Of a stretch of 64,000 bases of DNA, positions 29,150-38,247 are shown in pieces (within the stretch, counting starts at the first letter, position 1; every line of letters begins with the position of its first letter). The notes under the pieces were generated by a model, which saw nothing but the letters and a program-made list of their open reading frames with translations, had not been told where the DNA came from and made no database searches. This DNA comes from Bacteroidota bacterium (lineage in GTDB: Bacteria; Bacteroidota; Bacteroidia; CAILMK01; JACPUW01). The position numbers were made by a program, and so were the translations under genes. The stretch covers positions 18,740 to 82,739 of the forward strand of contig JACPUW010000037.1 of assembly GCA_016192035.1 (NCBI GenBank), read 5' to 3'.

Positions 29150-31306
29150 ATGGTACACAAGCTTTTGGACTTGGACAAATCCTTGCCTGGCATAGCTGTC
29201 TGCGTGATTTCCTTTTGGCCTATGGGTGCGGGACTATACGCCCAAACCAACGAGGGAGTGAATGAAGAACTAAGTTCTAAGCTAACAACAAATTTTTCAC
29301 CTACATACAGGCAATATCTATCCAGTGATACCACCCGCACCAATGCCGTGAATTTTGACCAGTTCACCGGCAAAAAATTGATTTTCTATGATAACTTTAT
29401 AGACAACCGCAATACCTGGCCCTACTGGTCAAGCATGGGCGACTCCATCCTGCAAGAATGTTTGGGCATAGACAACAATTTCATTTGCCGTACCCAGGGC
29501 ACCAGATTGGCCGACTCTTATACCGACATGGCCGATGGCCAAAAGGTATTGGCTTGCTACACCCCTGAAAGACTGTTTAGGTACACCAACCAGGTGAAGC
29601 TGGGTAAAAACTATGTGGTGACACTGAACCCTTTATCCATCAAACAAGTATCACAATTGCCTTCAAGCTACTATGAGGGCTACTGTGAACATACCACCAG
29701 GGTGCACCGCAGTTTCAACGGCAAGGATTTCGCCATAGAAACACAGGTAGCGCAGGCCGTGGGCAACTGGGGCATCTTGTTTGGCGACATGGATTCTGAC
29801 CGTCCGTACTACCTGTACAGGCTCAATACGGAGGGCTCGTGGGCTTTTTTTGCAGTGTATCCCAATAACAGGAACAAACCGGTGCAACTTGAAAGCGGGT
29901 CGCTGAACATTCCCTTTGCCCAGGTCCACAAAGTAGGACTGGTGTTTGTCAGCAATGGTCAGGGGGGGTTTAAGTTGGAGTTTTTTATTAACGACAAAAA
30001 GGCCGGCCAAACCAATGTTACCCGCATGCCGCTTGAGGTTATGGACATAGGATACCGACTGGACCACAATTCAATAGATGGCAACAACATACTAATAGCA
30101 CGTGACCTGGCGGTATATGAAATACCGTTGGACACCTACCTGGAAGACCATTTGAGGCTTACCGGTGGATGGAACGGGGCCGTGTTGAGAAACAACAACG
30201 AGGTGTTGTACCACGTGAAAGGCTATTTCAACGAAGACCATACCGGCAACATTACCGGGCGCTTGGTTTTTACCCATGCCAAGTTTAGCGACATAGTAGT
30301 AACAAAGAAATTGAGGGCCAAGAGGACCAAAAACATTGTCAATTTTGAGGAAACCTCCTGCACCGTCAAGGGCATTCGCAACAAGGTGATACTATTCTCG
30401 GTGCTGCAAAAGGGGCATATGGACATTCAGAATCCCGATTCCCTCATCATTTCCTCCTGCTTGGCCAGCAATCTCCACCGCTACGGTGAATTTGACAGCC
30501 GGATAGACCTGCACACCGATAAGTTGTATATGGGCCGGGCAAAAAGAACAACCAAATCGGCAAGCATAGCCAAGTATGACTCCATCAATGTTAATAAATT
30601 AATAGAAATCAAGCGACTGTATTTTATACCCAATAGCGCTGAATTGGAAATGGGCGAGGAAACCAAGATAAGCCTGGACAACCTGGCCCGCGAACTGCGA
30701 CGGTACTATGCCCGCAACAAGGAGGCGGTACTCATCATTCACGGCCATACCGACCTGGGAATTGAACAAACCTATTCATTGATCCGCGCCAAAAGCATTC
30801 AGGCCGAATTGGAATCCAGGGGCATTAGGGCCCCAATTTTCTGTATAGGTCACGGTTTTAGCCAGCGCGTTTCGGCCATACACGGCGATCCGCGAAACAG
30901 AAGGGTAGAGGTAGAACTGGTACAGGTAGATTCGGCCTGGGTAGATAATGACGCGCTATTTATGGGGCAGGGTGCCAAAAGCGAGTTAATCAAGAATTTA
31001 CCTGATGAGTATATTGTCACGGCCCAGTTTAAACTGGCACCTGGTGCCGATGTGCGCATAGTAATGGCACACAAAACGGGGGGGGCGCCCCTGGTGTGGC
31101 AAATACCCAATGTGGCCGGCGGACAGATGCAAACCTTAAAGGTGCGAAAAAGATACCGTGCCGATCACGATGCCATTATCCTTGAGTTTGTGCTTGATGA
31201 TATAAACTATCTATCGCAAACCCTAACGGGGTATGGATCATTTGGGTTTGATGTGCGAACAGGCTCAATGGAACTCAACAACCTGGTTATTTTTGGCCCG
31301 GAATGA
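29150..31306 (+). CDS. Secreted multidomain protein with OmpA-like peptidoglycan-binding domain
   Basis: Signal-like N-terminus (GIAVCVISFWPMGAGLYAQ). The OmpA_C-like domain reads LYFIPNSAELEMGEE...VLIIHGHTDLGIEQTYSLIRAKSIQAELESRGI...NRRVEVELV. N- and C-terminal flanking domains are unassigned. I chose the ATG at 29150 over the GTG at 29123. Confidence 0.75.
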   Translation: MVHKLLDLDKSLPGIAVCVISFWPMGAGLYAQTNEGVNEELSSKLTTNFSPTYRQYLSSDTTRTNAVNFDQFTGKKLIFYDNFIDNRNTWPYWSSMGDSILQECLGIDNNFICRTQGTRLADSYTDMADGQKVLACYTPERLFRYTNQVKLGKNYVVTLNPLSIKQVSQLPSSYYEGYCEHTTRVHRSFNGKDFAIETQVAQAVGNWGILFGDMDSDRPYYLYRLNTEGSWAFFAVYPNNRNKPVQLESGSLNIPFAQVHKVGLVFVSNGQGGFKLEFFINDKKAGQTNVTRMPLEVMDIGYRLDHNSIDGNNILIARDLAVYEIPLDTYLEDHLRLTGGWNGAVLRNNNEVLYHVKGYFNEDHTGNITGRLVFTHAKFSDIVVTKKLRAKRTKNIVNFEETSCTVKGIRNKVILFSVLQKGHMDIQNPDSLIISSCLASNLHRYGEFDSRIDLHTDKLYMGRAKRTTKSASIAKYDSINVNKLIEIKRLYFIPNSAELEMGEETKISLDNLARELRRYYARNKEAVLIIHGHTDLGIEQTYSLIRAKSIQAELESRGIRAPIFCIGHGFSQRVSAIHGDPRNRRVEVELVQVDSAWVDNDALFMGQGAKSELIKNLPDEYIVTAQFKLAPGADVRIVMAHKTGGAPLVWQIPNVAGGQMQTLKVRKRYRADHDAIILEFVLDDINYLSQTLTGYGSFGFDVRTGSMELNNLVIFGPE

Positions 31307-32064
31307 CAAGCGCAAGCCACCTGCCAGGGTCACAAGCCCCTGAAACCTGGCTTGTGGGCAATAGCACCCCGCTACTGATGGCTTTCTTGATAGACAAGGG
31401 GTTCATGCACCAACTTCTGCCACAGGAACACGCAGTGGAATTTTTTTCGCCATTGGGAAATAAGGTGATTAAACTCGGCCTGCCCTTGGTGTGGCCAGCC
31501 CTACAAGGGCACGAAAGCCTAGATGGGTATATGGAACATGGTGATGGGCCCCAGCCGGGCCAGCTGTCATGGGTGCTGCTGGTACGCGCAGGTGAGGCGG
31601 CACTGGGGTGGGTAATTCAGGGTAAATTGATGAAATACAAGGTGGTGAGAAAGTATATGGTGAGAAAAAAACAGGGAAAAGCCCAGGTAAGCCATCTCAA
31701 GACCAAGGGTAAATCAAGGGCGGGGTCGCGCATCAGATTGGCCCAAACGGAGGCTTTTTTTGAGGAAATCAACCACAAGCTACAGGAGTGGAAACAGCAA
31801 GAAGAGCCTCAATTGATAGTGATGGGCGTGGCACCCACCCTAAAGGCAGCCTGGGCCCAGCATCCCAGCGCCCGCGCCTTTGAGTTTGACGATCCCAGGC
31901 TGCGACGGGTCAACTGGACAGTGGGTTTGCCCCGTGAAAATGAGTTAAAGAAAGCCATTTGGCACTTGGACAAGGCGCGGCTAAGCATCTTTGACCCGCA
32001 GCTGGCCTCCCTGTTGGCCAGCATTGCCAATGCACATGGCCAGATTTACCGCCAAAACACTTAA
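31303..32064 (+). CDS. Vms1/ANKZF1-like release factor (VLRF1) domain protein, putative peptidyl-tRNA hydrolase
   Basis: 253 aa. WVLLVRAGEAALGWVIQGKLMKYKVVRKYMVRKKQGKAQVSHLKTKGKSRAGSRIRLAQTEAFFEEINHKLQEW...RVNWTVGLPRENELKKAIWHLDKARLSI is colinear, by eye and from memory, with the eukaryotic Vms1 VLRF1 core (HRY..R.KQGGSQS...KGK..SAGS.lRRYNE...). Its ATG overlaps the stop of the upstream gene (ATGA at 31303-31306). Confidence 0.65.
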   Translation: MTSASHLPGSQAPETWLVGNSTPLLMAFLIDKGFMHQLLPQEHAVEFFSPLGNKVIKLGLPLVWPALQGHESLDGYMEHGDGPQPGQLSWVLLVRAGEAALGWVIQGKLMKYKVVRKYMVRKKQGKAQVSHLKTKGKSRAGSRIRLAQTEAFFEEINHKLQEWKQQEEPQLIVMGVAPTLKAAWAQHPSARAFEFDDPRLRRVNWTVGLPRENELKKAIWHLDKARLSIFDPQLASLLASIANAHGQIYRQNT

Positions 32065-33184
32065 AGGGCTAGAGCCTATACTGGCTGCAGAGCTATTGGC
32101 GCTGGGTGCCGAACACGTGAGCCCAGGCCGCCGGGTGGTGTCGTTTGCCGGCGACAAGGAAGTGCTGTACAAAGCCAATCTATGCCTGCGCACCGCCCTA
32201 AACATACTTGTGCCCATACACACCGTGGAACTCACCCATGCGGGTGACTTGTACCCGGCCATGCGCCAGGTTAACTGGTCAGCTTACCTACGGGTGGAGC
32301 AAACCTTTGCCATAAAGGCTACCGTGTTTTCTAACCTATTTGCCCACTCCAATTTCCCCGCACTCAAACTAAAGGATGCCATAGCCGACTGGTTTAGGGA
32401 CAAATACGGGCGAAGGCCATCGGTGGATGCGGCAAGGCCCAACGTCCTTTTTGACTTGCACATTTCAGAACAAACGCTTACGGTCTCCATTGACAGTTCA
32501 GGCGATACGCTCAACAAAAGGGGGTACCGGCTCCACGGCGGCATGGCCCCACTCAATGAGGTACTGGCCGCAGGTATGCTCATCATGGCCGGTTGGCCAC
32601 ACCTGGGCCCCTTGCATGTGCCTATGTGCGGTTCGGGAACCCTGGCCATAGAGGCCGCCTGTATGAGCGCCGGCCTACCCGCCAACCGACTGCGCAAGTC
32701 GTTTGGATTTCACGAATGGCCTGACTTTGACCCCGCCCTATGGAATAGGGTGTACAGTGATTGCGCCATGCCAGTGCCTAAGGCAACGCTGCAGCCCACC
32801 ATCATGGCCAGTGACCTGGCACCCGACATGGTGAGGCTTGCCAGACAAAACGCCACCACGGCAGGCGTGGAGCATCTTATAAGCTGGGCAACAGGCGATT
32901 TTGAGAAGTGCAAACCCAATACCGACCATGGACTTGTGGTAGTGAACCCACCCTATGGCGAAAGGCTAAAGGAAGATGATTTGATGGCACTCTACAAGCG
33001 CATGGGCGATTTCTTGAAACGTTCTTTCACGGGTTTTGATGCTTGGATCCTGAGTTCCAATGCCGAGGCACTGAAGTCGGTAGGCTTGAAACCAAGTGCC
33101 AAAATAACCCTTTTTAACGGCAAGTTGGAATCCAAATATGTCAAATTTGAACTGTACAGAGGAACCAAAAAACAAAAGGAATGA
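32036..33184 (+). CDS. THUMP-domain class I SAM-dependent RNA methyltransferase (RlmL/UPF0020-like)
   Basis: MARFTAKTLKGLEPILAAELLALGA is a THUMP-family start. It also has the SAM pocket PMCGSGTLAIEAA and the catalytic VVNPPYGERL (N/DPPY) motif. It overlaps the preceding ORF by 29 nt. Confidence 0.85.
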   Translation: MARFTAKTLKGLEPILAAELLALGAEHVSPGRRVVSFAGDKEVLYKANLCLRTALNILVPIHTVELTHAGDLYPAMRQVNWSAYLRVEQTFAIKATVFSNLFAHSNFPALKLKDAIADWFRDKYGRRPSVDAARPNVLFDLHISEQTLTVSIDSSGDTLNKRGYRLHGGMAPLNEVLAAGMLIMAGWPHLGPLHVPMCGSGTLAIEAACMSAGLPANRLRKSFGFHEWPDFDPALWNRVYSDCAMPVPKATLQPTIMASDLAPDMVRLARQNATTAGVEHLISWATGDFEKCKPNTDHGLVVVNPPYGERLKEDDLMALYKRMGDFLKRSFTGFDAWILSSNAEALKSVGLKPSAKITLFNGKLESKYVKFELYRGTKKQKE

Positions 33185-34626
33185 TAGATAAGGCAAAACT
33201 GGCCCTGGTACTGCTGGCCTCCTGCAGCACCATGGGTTGCATTCAGGCGTCAAAACCGGGGTTGGCCACCATAAACGGCAAATCTGATCTGAACAACCAG
33301 TGGCTCTATTTGGTAGAGCCCAATCCCTGGGCCACCGCCGTGCATATATTGGATTCCACCAAAACAGATGCCAATGGCGCGTTTGCCCTTGAGGCCAACA
33401 TACCTACCATGGGCGAATACATCATTTCGGGAAGGGGATTTTTTTTGGCTACGGTGTTTTTGGAAAACGGGTTTGAAATACAAATGAACGTAGGGGGCAC
33501 CGGCAGCAACGGGACCGCCAAAAAGGTGGATTTCTCGGGCAATGGAAGCAACCTGAGCGCTTTTTGGCAAAACATGAATAAGCGCTATTACCAAAATGGA
33601 GGCTATGGCAACCGGTACAAAAAGCGGGTAGAGGCCAATGGGCCGGCGGAATTTGCCGCACTTACTTCGGCGCTCACCACTGAGCAAATCGGTGTGATTG
33701 ACAGTTTTGTCAAAGCGGCCAGGCCCGCGCCCTTTTTTGCCAAATGGGCTACTTCCTTTGCCTATCACAGCGGGCTCAACCGGCACTTTACCTATCTATA
33801 TCACAAACCGCGCATGGAGGCCAAGCCGGGCACCAATTACCTAGTGGTTGACGACAGCTATTATGGATTTCTTGACAAGGTGGACCTAATGGAAGCACCG
33901 GAATTCACCCATAGCGCCTTCAATGAGTTTGTTTATTTCTACATATCCGACCACAGGTTGCGCCAGCAAGGCGGCATGGAAGCCTCGGTGGAATCGGTGG
34001 CTCAATGGGCAAGGGCCAATATGCACCCCATTTTGGCCGACTTGGCCATAGCCCACGTTATCAAGGATTTGATTCAAAATGCTTCGGGCAAAAGCGATTA
34101 TGACCAACTGCGGGATGCACTCGCTTCTTATGCCGAATTGGCCATGGGCCGGGCGTATTTGGAGTTCCTGCAAAAGGAATTTGCCCAGAAAGCGGTCCTG
34201 GCTCCAGGCTCTCCGGCCCCTGGTTTCACCCTTGCCGACCTGTACGGAGCAAATGTGTCGCTGGCCGATTTTAAGGGCAAGATTGTGGTGATAGATTTCT
34301 GGGGCACATGGTGTGGCCCTTGCAAACGCGAGTTGCCCTATTCCCGCGAACTGGAAACGCACTTTAAGGACAGGGATGATTTGGCATTTGTATTTGTGGC
34401 CCTAGAGCGCGGGGGGCGCGACTACTGGAAGCAATTCGTGGAATCCAACGACCTTCCAGGGGTTCAACTATATGCTACCAACGACATAAAAAGCCTGCGA
34501 CCCTATAAAATCACCTCGGTACCCCGCTATGTACTGGTTGACAAGGATGGGAACATCATTGATGCTTTTGCCTCAAGGCCCAGCCAGAATATGAAGCAGC
34601 AAATAGAAAAGGCACTGGGCTTGTGA
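33181..34626 (+). CDS. Lipoprotein with C-terminal TlpA/ResA-like thioredoxin-fold (thiol-disulfide oxidoreductase) domain
   Basis: The lipobox-like N-terminus is LVLLASCSTMGC. The C-terminus reads GKIVVIDFWGTWCGPCKRELPY (CxxC redoxin motif). Its ATG overlaps the upstream stop (ATGA at 33181-33184). Confidence 0.85.
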   Translation: MIDKAKLALVLLASCSTMGCIQASKPGLATINGKSDLNNQWLYLVEPNPWATAVHILDSTKTDANGAFALEANIPTMGEYIISGRGFFLATVFLENGFEIQMNVGGTGSNGTAKKVDFSGNGSNLSAFWQNMNKRYYQNGGYGNRYKKRVEANGPAEFAALTSALTTEQIGVIDSFVKAARPAPFFAKWATSFAYHSGLNRHFTYLYHKPRMEAKPGTNYLVVDDSYYGFLDKVDLMEAPEFTHSAFNEFVYFYISDHRLRQQGGMEASVESVAQWARANMHPILADLAIAHVIKDLIQNASGKSDYDQLRDALASYAELAMGRAYLEFLQKEFAQKAVLAPGSPAPGFTLADLYGANVSLADFKGKIVVIDFWGTWCGPCKRELPYSRELETHFKDRDDLAFVFVALERGGRDYWKQFVESNDLPGVQLYATNDIKSLRPYKITSVPRYVLVDKDGNIIDAFASRPSQNMKQQIEKALGL

Positions 34627-34652
34627 GCCTTGCAAACCCAGCCACACGATTG

Positions 34653-35054
34653 TTAGCGTAGCCCCCAAAGGGCAAAGAGGTGGTTTATATAGAAGTTCTC
34701 CTCCTTTGAAAAGGAATTGTCAGCTATGATAAGCCTTTTGGCATACTCTATAAACAATTCCCTTTCTACCTGGGTGGTCACCTGATAAAATGACCTGGCA
34801 GCATCTTCAAAAATGGCGAGCCTACTCACGGCTTCATGCGACTGATAAAACGCCAACGATGTGTCCCTAAAATGTGCAAGAATTTGATAATCATCTAATT
34901 CTAGGAATAATGGGTTCTCGTGTTGGGTGCCTATATACGGTCGGTGCATTTCCCTAAGGTATCCCAGGATTACCAGGCCTTCCCTGTCCACAAAATCACC
35001 ATCCACCACGGCCAGTATCATCATCATATGGTAGGCCGATTCGTATCGGTTCAT
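34653..35054 (-). CDS. Hypothetical protein, possibly TerB-like
   Basis: 133 aa. MILAVVDGDFVDREGLVILGYL and RLIIADNSFSKEENFYINHLFALWGL resemble the duplicated TerB-like ADG...E pattern. The assignment is weak. Confidence 0.4.
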   Translation of the reverse strand: MNRYESAYHMMMILAVVDGDFVDREGLVILGYLREMHRPYIGTQHENPLFLELDDYQILAHFRDTSLAFYQSHEAVSRLAIFEDAARSFYQVTTQVERELFIEYAKRLIIADNSFSKEENFYINHLFALWGLR

Positions 35055-35115
35055 GCGCGCATTTTAGGGTAAAAGTACGGTGAAATGATACTTTTGACCA
35101 ATACACTATCCCCAT

Positions 35116-36618
35116 ATGGACATCTACAAGTACCTTATCCTGGCGGCCTATTTTGCTGTGCTTTTTGTTATTGGCATACTGGCATCCCGCCGTATCAAAG
35201 GGCTGGACGACTTTTTTGTGGGCGGCAAAAACATGGGATTCTGGTTGGTATCCTTTTCTTCCAGGGCCACGGGGGAGTCGGCCTGGCTTTTATTGGGGCT
35301 AAGCGGGTTGGCTGCTACCATTGGCTATAAGTCCCTGTGGGTAGTGGCCGGTGAAATGCTGGGCGTAGGTTTGTCATGGGTGCTCATGGCCAAACCTTTC
35401 AAACGGCTCACCGACAAGTATCAAAGCATTACCATACCCGATTTTTTTGAAGACCACCTAAAACCAAAAGGACACGCGCTGCGCCTGGTGGCGGCCACTG
35501 CGCTTACCCTGTTTGTGATAATTTATGTGAGTGCCCAGATTGATGCCACCGGTTCGGCCTTTGAATCTTTTCTGGGCTGGGACTACCTGGTGGGGGCCGT
35601 AGTTGGCTTTGCCATTGTGGTGGTATATAGTTTTATTGGTGGTTATGTGGCAGTGGTGTGGTCTGATGTGTTTCAGGGTGCCCTTATGCTCCTGGGCTTG
35701 GTAGCACTACCCCTGGTGGCAATTACCCAGTTTAGTTTCACTTCTTTGGGCGCAGGGTTGAAACTCATAGATCCGGGTTTGACCAGCGCCTGGGGCACCG
35801 GGGGCCTTACCGCGCTCAACTTCCTGTCGGCCATGGGCCTGTTGTTTATTGGGCTGGGTTATTTGGGTGCCCCACAGGTTTTTGTCCGCTTTATTTCTGT
35901 TAAAAACGAAAAAGAGCTCGACAAAGGGAAGTGGGTAGCCATAGCCTATACCTTGTTGGCCAACCTGGGCGCCATAGGCATTGGCCTACTGGCACGAGTG
36001 GTATTTAGGGACCAAGGTATTGATGCGCTGGGCAAAGGCGGTGAGGGTTCGCTTATGCTTATGATTGAGCGTTTTATGCCTCCAATTATGGTCGGCGTGT
36101 ATATTGCCGTAGTGCTCTCTGCCATCATGTCAACCATAGATTCGCTCCTGGTGGTGGCAGCCAGCACGGTTACCCGGGACTTTTACCACAAGATTTTCCA
36201 TCCGCACATGAAGCAAGAAACCATGGCCAACCTTTCGCGCAGGTTTACACTAATCATGGCATTGGTAGCCCTGGCCTTGGCTATATGTGTGGCTACCTTA
36301 AGCCCCAACCGAACCGTGTTTTGGTTTGTCATTTTTGGATGGAGTGGCATTACCGCCACCTTTTGCCCTTCCATGATCTTGTCCTTGGGTTGGCGCCGTT
36401 TTACCGCAAATGGGGCATTGGCCAGTATGATCGTGGGTTTCGCCGCTGTCCCTTTGTTTAAGTTCGCCATGCCAGCCCTGCCCGTTATGGGGCCTTATTT
36501 TGCCGAGCTCGGTGAAATATTTCCATCCTTTATCCTGTCGCTATTGGCTGGAATCATGGCTTCATTGTGGCCTACACGTCATCAAGAGGCTAGTGGGACC
36601 GGATCAAAGCTTGGTTGA
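35116..36618 (+). CDS. Sodium:solute symporter family transporter (PutP-like)
   Basis: 500 aa and polytopic. DDFFVGGKNMGFWLVSFSSRATGESAWLLLGLSG matches the SSS N-terminal signature. Confidence 0.85.
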   Translation: MDIYKYLILAAYFAVLFVIGILASRRIKGLDDFFVGGKNMGFWLVSFSSRATGESAWLLLGLSGLAATIGYKSLWVVAGEMLGVGLSWVLMAKPFKRLTDKYQSITIPDFFEDHLKPKGHALRLVAATALTLFVIIYVSAQIDATGSAFESFLGWDYLVGAVVGFAIVVVYSFIGGYVAVVWSDVFQGALMLLGLVALPLVAITQFSFTSLGAGLKLIDPGLTSAWGTGGLTALNFLSAMGLLFIGLGYLGAPQVFVRFISVKNEKELDKGKWVAIAYTLLANLGAIGIGLLARVVFRDQGIDALGKGGEGSLMLMIERFMPPIMVGVYIAVVLSAIMSTIDSLLVVAASTVTRDFYHKIFHPHMKQETMANLSRRFTLIMALVALALAICVATLSPNRTVFWFVIFGWSGITATFCPSMILSLGWRRFTANGALASMIVGFAAVPLFKFAMPALPVMGPYFAELGEIFPSFILSLLAGIMASLWPTRHQEASGTGSKLG

Positions 36619-37972
36619 AGGAACTGCCAGTCCAGAGTTTTTCCAAGGCTTGTAGCTGTTTGTCCAGTTCGTCAAAACCACGCTGGTGACCGCTCAACTC
36701 ATTGAAACCATATCGGTTAAGGGTTAGCGCCATATCTACAAAACGCATTTGGCCCACCTCCATGGCAGGCAGGTAGGTAGTGGGTGTTCCCGCTATGGGG
36801 GCTATGAGCTTGGCTTGAAGCAATCGCTGTACGTTCTGCTCTACCAGCGAAACCGGATAGTGCAGCGTTTCGGCCAACTGGTTTATATGCGGCGCCGCTT
36901 TTCTTTGGGTAAATGCCTGTGCAATTTCTGTAAGAAGGTGTAGGCTTATCAACAGTTCCAGCCTGGGGCTCAGCTTCTTATTGGCGTATCCAGACAGCAA
37001 TAAACTGGATTGCTGCACGGCCCGGGTGATTTCGGCACCAAAAAGGATGATGAGCCAGCTTATTTGGAGCCAGATCAAAAAGAGGGGAAGTGCCGCAAAA
37101 CTGCCGTAAATGGCGTTGTAGCGGGACATGGCCAACTGGAAATACACATACCCGTTTTGTAAAAAGGCAAAGGCGGTGCCTGCCAAAACACCCCCTGCCA
37201 CGGCTGAGGTAAATTTCACAGATATATTGGGGATTACCAAGTACAAGAAGGTGAACAACACCCAGGTGGACACAAACGGGGCAAACTGCATTAGGCTGAG
37301 CAATACGGTACTGGTCATGGCCACCAGTTGGCCCCCGTTTGACAACTGGCTCACCGAGGTATTGATATACAGCGTGAGGCTGCTGCTGATAAAGATGAAA
37401 ATGGGCCCTACCAGCATGAGGGTGAGGTAGTCGGTAAACTTGCGCAGGAAGGGCCTGGATTTCTCCAGGTTCCAGATTACATTAAACGCCGTTTCTATGT
37501 GGTTGAGCAACTTGATGACCGACCAAAGGAGAAACAAGATGGAAATGCCGGCTACCAGGCCGCCGCTCACATTGCTCAGCGTGCTTTGTGAGAATTCCAA
37601 TATTTTGCTCACCACCTCTTCCTGCCCCGCAAAGGTGGTTCTTACCTGTGACTCCAGTCGTTCTTCAAACCCAAAGCCCTGGGCTATGCCGAATGCCACG
37701 GCAAAAACCGGCACTATGGACAGTGTGGCGTAGAAGGTGAGCGCCGATGCCCGCATGGAATTGTGGTTGGTGGCATATGACCGAAATGAAACGGTGAGCA
37801 CCCGCATTGATTGGAAAAACCATCTATTGAACACGCCTTTGCTATGGGCGGGTTTCCAGATGGTATAGTTGATGAAATGGTGGAATCGCTTGAGTAGCTT
37901 CAATGTAAGTCTGCCTTGGTGTTTCAAATATACCAGGGCTGCTTGGCTAAACCGTTTGGCAACGCAGCACAT
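36590..37972 (-). CDS. YihY/BrkB-family membrane protein with C-terminal winged-helix-like extension
   Basis: MRASALTFYATLSIVPVFAVAFGIAQGFGF and FGAEITRA are YihY-type motifs. The C-terminal ~130 aa are soluble (HINQLAETLHYPVSLVEQNVQRLLQAKLIAPIAG) and resemble an Rrf2/wHTH. The 3' end overlaps the convergent symporter gene by 29 nt. Confidence 0.75.
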   Translation of the reverse strand: MCCVAKRFSQAALVYLKHQGRLTLKLLKRFHHFINYTIWKPAHSKGVFNRWFFQSMRVLTVSFRSYATNHNSMRASALTFYATLSIVPVFAVAFGIAQGFGFEERLESQVRTTFAGQEEVVSKILEFSQSTLSNVSGGLVAGISILFLLWSVIKLLNHIETAFNVIWNLEKSRPFLRKFTDYLTLMLVGPIFIFISSSLTLYINTSVSQLSNGGQLVAMTSTVLLSLMQFAPFVSTWVLFTFLYLVIPNISVKFTSAVAGGVLAGTAFAFLQNGYVYFQLAMSRYNAIYGSFAALPLFLIWLQISWLIILFGAEITRAVQQSSLLLSGYANKKLSPRLELLISLHLLTEIAQAFTQRKAAPHINQLAETLHYPVSLVEQNVQRLLQAKLIAPIAGTPTTYLPAMEVGQMRFVDMALTLNRYGFNELSGHQRGFDELDKQLQALEKLWTGSSFNQALIRSH

Positions 37973-38247
37973 ATACGCGCCCGACCAAGGCTGTGGTCTT
38001 GGTGGTAGGCCCCGATGGCGTATTTTGGGATTTGCGCGCTTAATTCAGGAGAATAGTGCAGATTTTGGAATATTCTGCTTGACTGCATCCCCACGGATGC
38101 GTTATGGGGAAAGGACAACTATTGCCCATCGCTTTTTTGACTTGGTCCGTCCACGGTTTTGGCCTTTTCATCCACCGCCCCTCCGAATTGCGTCGGCACT
38201 GGCACGTGCTGGTATCCCATTTGACAACCGTAGGTCAAAACGAATTC

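Noticed and set aside
33250-33786. 178-aa - strand ORF, plus the 194-aa - strand ORF at 27029-27613 and the 131-aa - strand ORF at 25592-25987
   Set aside because: Each is antisense to a well-supported gene (TlpA-like, DUF255/YyaL, TonB) and lacks recognisable domains. I judge them shadow ORFs.
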